Below are positions 59,501 to 64,000 of a stretch of 64,000 nt of DNA, piece after piece. The notes under the pieces are model-generated. The model was given only the letters and a program-made list of their open reading frames with translations, did no database searches and was not told the DNA's origin. Source of the DNA: Amphiscolops sp. MND2022 (Eukaryota); NCBI GenBank assembly GCA_964187785.1, contig OZ076421.1, forward strand, positions 21,080,001-21,144,000, read 5' to 3'. Every line of letters begins with the position of its first letter. Within the stretch, counting starts at the first letter, position 1. Made by a program: the position numbers and the translations under genes.

Positions 59501-60095
59501 GCTGAAGCAGGGCGTTTGTTTTCGGAAACGTAATTCCAGTGGTTTTTCTCTGTGGTGACTTACTGGTACCTCGGCCTTGAGTTCGCGATAATAGGTTTTT
59601 GTGGTCAAACGTTTGAAGCGGTTTACTTGACTCACCTTTATTTTCTACTTCTCTGCTAGATTCCTTCGGTTCCGAAAAGCACTTATCTAAGTCTTCAACA
59701 CCTTGGTGTAACCAACTTTTGATGTCACTGTTTTTGTCCTCCTCCAGAGTAAGAGACATCAAGCTAGGACATATTGAAGAAGCTCGAATTGATCCTTCAG
59801 CCTCTTCTATTTGAAATTGCATTTGCTGCCTTTCAAAAGCCTTCTTACGCTTCAAATCAGCAATTTCCGATTCTGCGTGCAACTCTTGGAGCCTTTCCTC
59901 GATCTGTTGTCGTTCCAAATTTCTCTCCATTTCCCTACGCGTTTTCTCTAGTTCCAACTCACGTTCTCTTTTTTCTATTTCCATTTGTAATTTTTGATCC
60001 ATCAGATCAGCTTGTATCTCCAATCGTCTTCGCTCGCTCATTTTCGAAGCATTGGAGCCTATCTTTGAACCGGCCTTTTTTGCTGGCTCACTCAT
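56595..60095 (-). pseudogene. Element E gag-PR-RT-RH polyprotein (1166 aa open, then nonsense stop)
   Basis: DUF1759-like gag, CPLKDGDHKIWMC / CFCCLNSHLMKDC / CGVNGCTKKHNKLLH knuckles, YLPHHPV, ADIESMFLQV, FYMDD and HIFSDAS motifs. Confidence 0.93.
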
Positions 60096-60142
60096 AGCTA
60101 ATGTTCTTGTAGGGGAGTAGTCTACTAAAGAAAATCTTTTCT

Positions 60143-61129
60143 TTATCCAAGAGTAGCTGATTGAGGTTGAAAAGATGGGTTATCAAACCGGTCGTTAATT
60201 TTGAGGAATAGTGTTGATTGATTTGCCTCTTTAAGCAATTTCAATCCTTTGTCAAGTGTTTCATTCGCCTTGGATTTTTCCAAGGCATGAGAACGGTTCT
60301 CATCGTCTTTTGATATCTTCGAACTTTCAAACCCAGACACTTCAGGTGTTTCTATGTTTCCCAATGGATCATTTGCTGCTATATTGCAGCTATCAATATA
60401 GTTCAGAGCGTCAGTCATTGCCTGTTGAACGATAGAGTTCATTTCTGTGACAATTTTTTCGGCGTGTGATAGAGTTGTCAAAGCATCAGGCTTGAGACAA
60501 TTGCGTCTACTTTCGAGACTTTTATCTAAAATCGCTTTGATATCTTGAAGTTTCTGGATAGCCAGTTTCACATGACTCGACCTCGCTCCTTGCTCGATTA
60601 GTTTACTGATTGTCATTTTTTCTGCTTCAATTATTCGTTTGGAGTCATAAAACTGATCGCAGAGTTTCATATACTTCATTAGGTCATTTTCATTTTTCAG
60701 GCGCGATGGAAGCCACCTCACGCTCACAAGAAATGAGGACTTTTTGCTCCAATTCTCAAAATATTTTTGAAGTTCGTACTCCAATTTGTACAAGATCTCC
60801 TTACGGCTGCCTTGAAACTTATCTTTCAGCATGGGGAGATACATTTCGAACTCTTTGCGCAACTTATCATTTGAAGTTGAGTAAGTTAAAAAGAACTTAC
60901 CAACGTCAACCCAAACAGTTGGATCCTGAGCATGGAGATCCTGGAAATCCGCGTCTAGGTTTCTGAGAATTAAAATCATATCTGAGACGCGTTTTTCGTG
61001 TTCTATCCACTCTTTCATTGTGGAAGAATTTTTCAAGCAGTCAGTAAAAAAGACCTTTCTTTCATGTCCGTTTTTTGTTGAAGTCATATATGTGGGGTCC
61101 CACAAATTGCGTACAATCGGCTCTGCCAT
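60143..61129 (-). CDS. 328-aa ORF between PBS and gag of element E (ORF0, or a frameshifted Gag N-terminus)
   Basis: Intact ATG-to-TAA ORF starting 50 nt after the PBS. It is helical and charged with no transmembrane stretch. Gag is in the -1 frame relative to it. Confidence 0.6.
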   Translation of the reverse strand: MAEPIVRNLWDPTYMTSTKNGHERKVFFTDCLKNSSTMKEWIEHEKRVSDMILILRNLDADFQDLHAQDPTVWVDVGKFFLTYSTSNDKLRKEFEMYLPMLKDKFQGSRKEILYKLEYELQKYFENWSKKSSFLVSVRWLPSRLKNENDLMKYMKLCDQFYDSKRIIEAEKMTISKLIEQGARSSHVKLAIQKLQDIKAILDKSLESRRNCLKPDALTTLSHAEKIVTEMNSIVQQAMTDALNYIDSCNIAANDPLGNIETPEVSGFESSKISKDDENRSHALEKSKANETLDKGLKLLKEANQSTLFLKINDRFDNPSFQPQSATLG

Positions 61130-61178
61130 TCTATTTTCTTTTGCAAATCAAATTATGACCGAATCCCGCACAGTGCCT

Positions 61179-61196
61179 TCCCGGGTCGCGGCACCA
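61179..61196 (-). other. Primer binding site of element E (tRNA-Phe-like)
   Basis: Minus strand TGGTGCCGCGACCCGGGA, 1 nt after the LTR copy. It resembles the complement of a tRNA-Phe 3' end (TGGTGCCGAAACCCGGGA, recalled). The tRNA identity is not verified. Confidence 0.7.
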
Positions 61197-61197
61197 A

Positions 61198-62269
61198 AAT
61201 TTTACGTCTGCAAGGTATGATAACAAAATCACTTACCAAGCTTTACGACGGCCTGGTTGACAACTTGCGGGCACGTCTAAGAATTGTTTCTGTGAGAAAG
61301 GCACTTGCAAAATCCACTACTTTCAATAACTTCAAAATGTCCCTTCTTTTCACGTTCTGGACAATACCTATTGTTTAAACAAGTTTCCGAGGTCGGTGAA
61401 GCAATTACTGCATCTTTGACCACTTTTCGACTTGTTTAGAAAACATAGAATTTACTGACTTGAAAAGTTTTCTCATAAAACTCACTAAACCGTTGATTCG
61501 TCGATGAATTTGGGGAGTAACAAATCGTAGTCGAATAACTTTGCCAAAAGATTGAAAGTCTTCTGTCTCAAAACCTTTCCAAGCGAAAAATTGCCAGAAA
61601 TGCAATAATAATATATTGTTGGAATCTCGAATCCAGTATCAAAACAAAAACAACTTCGAAATAGCTCTATAATAGCCCAAGTTAACTTGAATACTCAAAC
61701 GATAAAGTTCCGAACAATTTCTTTCAACGAGCAACTTTCTTGGTTGCTTGAACAAGGAATATTGACCGTTTTCAATCTCACCTTTTGGGTCTCTCTTCCA
61801 AGAAGGAGTTAACTTGGGTTGGTAACAATACAGGAAATTACATAAACTGCCATGTTTATAATCAAATATGAGGGCACCATAAAGGTTCTATAATGATACA
61901 TAAAGTTAACAAACTACCCACTTTCGAGGCGATAAAGCATATAAAGATATTGGTAAATCAACATCTGAAGCATACATTTACACGATTTTGTGGTCCTTTA
62001 ATATATTTGTTATTTGCCCACCAAAGCTTCTATCAGGTTACAAATGCTCTACCGGCTTCCGCCTGGACTAGATATAACCAAATATGGCTACTTGACAGGT
62101 TAAATACACAAGCAGGACGATAAATTACCAAATTTGTACTATATTAGAAGAAAAGTCTGATTTTGCCCCAGAAAAAAATATTTTTCAAATTTTTGCCTTC
62201 GATTTCCGGTTTTTTGCCCTAGGTGGTTTAGTTGGCCAAAAATATGTCGGTTGCCGACCATCCTAGAGT
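61198..62269 (-). repeat. 5' LTR of element E (5'-truncated)
   Basis: Matches 53593-54650. The about 98 bp expected from 54651-54748 are replaced by a dispersed repeat. Confidence 0.88.
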
Positions 62270-62324
62270 TCTTTACTTTCTTTTTTTCCCGATCACGTGT
62301 CTGTAAACAGTCAAATGATCTGTC

Positions 62325-62690
62325 TTTTGAAAAAAAGTGCCCGACGTTTACAGTTCTTTTATACGCGTAAGGTCCACTTTTTTGTTCATTTGTTCAACAA
62401 CTTGAAATACTGAGGTTTAAAACACTCGAATCGTCAGAACCTCGTCCCAAACTAAAAAGACAAAACCGACGTCCAGAACCTCGAAAACAAACTCAGGATG
62501 CCCCCTTTGGCTATTTTAGTGTTTTTCACTTAGTTTTTTCGGTACTATGCAACTTTTTCCGAAAATTTTTGGATTGCACCAAAGGGTCCTCTTTCAATGT
62601 TTCGATAATTTGCAACAGAAAGGATGTTAAAAAATCCCAAAGGCTCCCCCTTTTTACATTTTTCGGCATTGTGGCACTGTTAAAAAAATC
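62325..62690 (+). mobile_element. Partial HINE-like repeat next to the truncated LTR
   Basis: AAAAGTGCCCGAC..GCGTAAGGTCCACTTTTTTGTTCATTTGTTCAAC..CCGACGTCCAGAACC..TTTTCGGCATTGTG is colinear with the interior of 42737-43460. Confidence 0.6.
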
Positions 62691-64000
62691 ATTTTGTTCG
62701 CTGTTGCAATTGTTTCCACGTCGACAGGAATACGCGTAATCTTTCCATCATTACTCTTTAGAGTTAGCTGATGCTCGATTTGACACGCAATTTTCGGAAA
62801 AATTTGTTGCTATCACTGTTTCATAAATTCTCCTGTGTTTAATCTCCATAAATCTTTAATAATTTTTGTTTTCTAGAGCTTAAACAAAAAATCGTAGTTT
62901 TAGCACAGCCCTGGTTGGAACTGCTTGAACTTTTTACAAGTTTTTGTAGGGTACCAAGCTAATTTTTCATGATTTTAAAAAATTCTCAAGGAAACCTCCA
63001 TGCATTAAAATTTCACTGATGCAATTTAAATTTATCAAGCTGCCTATAAGATGCATCCTAAATTTTGCGGCAATTCTGAGCCGCGAAGTTTTACAGTTTT
63101 CATAAAGACGCCGTTCTAATTCTGAAAGCAGCTGAGACCTTCGTCAATTTTACCGGTTTCAATGCAAATAAATTTTAGTCGTATTATAAGTTTCAAAGTA
63201 GCGTCATATTCAGCGTGCTATTTGACTAACGGTGATTACACAAGGTACTTACTTGAGAAACTTACGCGTGAAAACAAAAAGATCGCGGTGGCGAAGAAGT
63301 GGAAATGTTTTCAATTTTAACTCAAATAGTGAAAGCTGCATAGTAATCGTACAAAATGTTTCCATGCATGATCCCAGAATTTTCCATGTTTTATAAAAAA
63401 TTAGCCGGCATTTTTTGAGCGTGCCTGTACAACTTCGATGCAACTTCGACCAGGAAGTAGTTTGTTTCTACCAGTGTCTACCAATAGCTACTAGATGATG
63501 GTGCAACGTAATTTGGCATTGAAATTAACGTAGATTTCTCTGCCTTGTGATGGAGTCTGGGAAGCAAAAGAACCCGACCGATTTTTTTATACTCGTAACG
63601 ATAAAGGTAGACCAAAGGCTCCCCTTTGGGTTTTTTCGGCACTCTGCTTCTTTCCCGAAAAACTGTCCACTCAAAAGTGCTCTTTCATGTTTTTGATTTT
63701 AGCAAATACAAAACCTTTTGAGAGCTTAGAGGGTGCTTTTTTCGACAAAAACTTTTTTTTCAAAAACATTTCTTAAAAAATTGTTTTCAAAACTGGGATT
63801 TTCTGATCTCTCAAGTGAAGAAAAACTGTCTCCTTACAATTATTCCTGAGAATATTCACAAGGTTCGAGCCATAATGATCCGCTTGGCAACCTTGCGAAT
63901 AAGGAAAACAAAAAATTGGGGAAAAAGGCGGACCATCAGCGCATTACTCCGTGAATTCATGTAATTCGAAATTTGATTCCTCGCCCAGTTACATGGAATA

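Larger units (their letters stand above)
53593..62269 (-). mobile_element. BEL/Pao LTR retrotransposon (element E), young but inactivated
   Basis: Direct repeats of about 1.06 kb (53593-54650 and 61198-62269); PBS; gag LPKLKLSEFHGDPLEW with three Cys/His knuckles; protease LCDTGS; RT FYMDD; RH IFSDAS; IN DYFGPF, SDNGTNF and WERLVRS, in BEL order. Confidence 0.96.

Overview
This is AT-rich, repeat-dense eukaryotic (invertebrate animal) genomic DNA. I found no prokaryotic operons, CRISPR arrays, rRNA or intact tRNA genes. The one well-supported host gene is a spliced minus-strand gene (22358-40639, 5' end unresolved) that the ORF track misses. It encodes a secreted-type giant mucin: a single 7295-bp exon gives about 2430 residues of almost pure Thr/Ser/Pro, followed by eight phase-compatible exons giving TSP1, TIL, TILa/VWC-like, TSP1, VWC-like and C-terminal cystine knot modules, the same order as the SCO-spondin C-terminus. 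Around it lie five decayed LTR retrotransposons. Three are Mag-like Ty3/Gypsy copies (1-3670, 12579-18560 full length with GCAGT TSD, about 47970-50455), and their RT carries WLDD instead of YxDD. One is an unrelated minus-strand Gypsy element (about 4990-11263) with an A_AAA_AAC gag/pol slippery site and no detectable LTR pair. One is a minus-strand BEL/Pao element (53593-62269) with about 99% identical LTR copies and an extra 328-aa ORF ahead of gag. Other features are an abundant non-autonomous Helentron-like (HINE/DINE-type) family, tRNA-derived SINE-like fragments, a 33-bp minisatellite, a (GA)n tract, a foldback-like inverted pair and two abutting spacerless palindromes (44233-44533). 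All calls were made by eye and no database searches were run.
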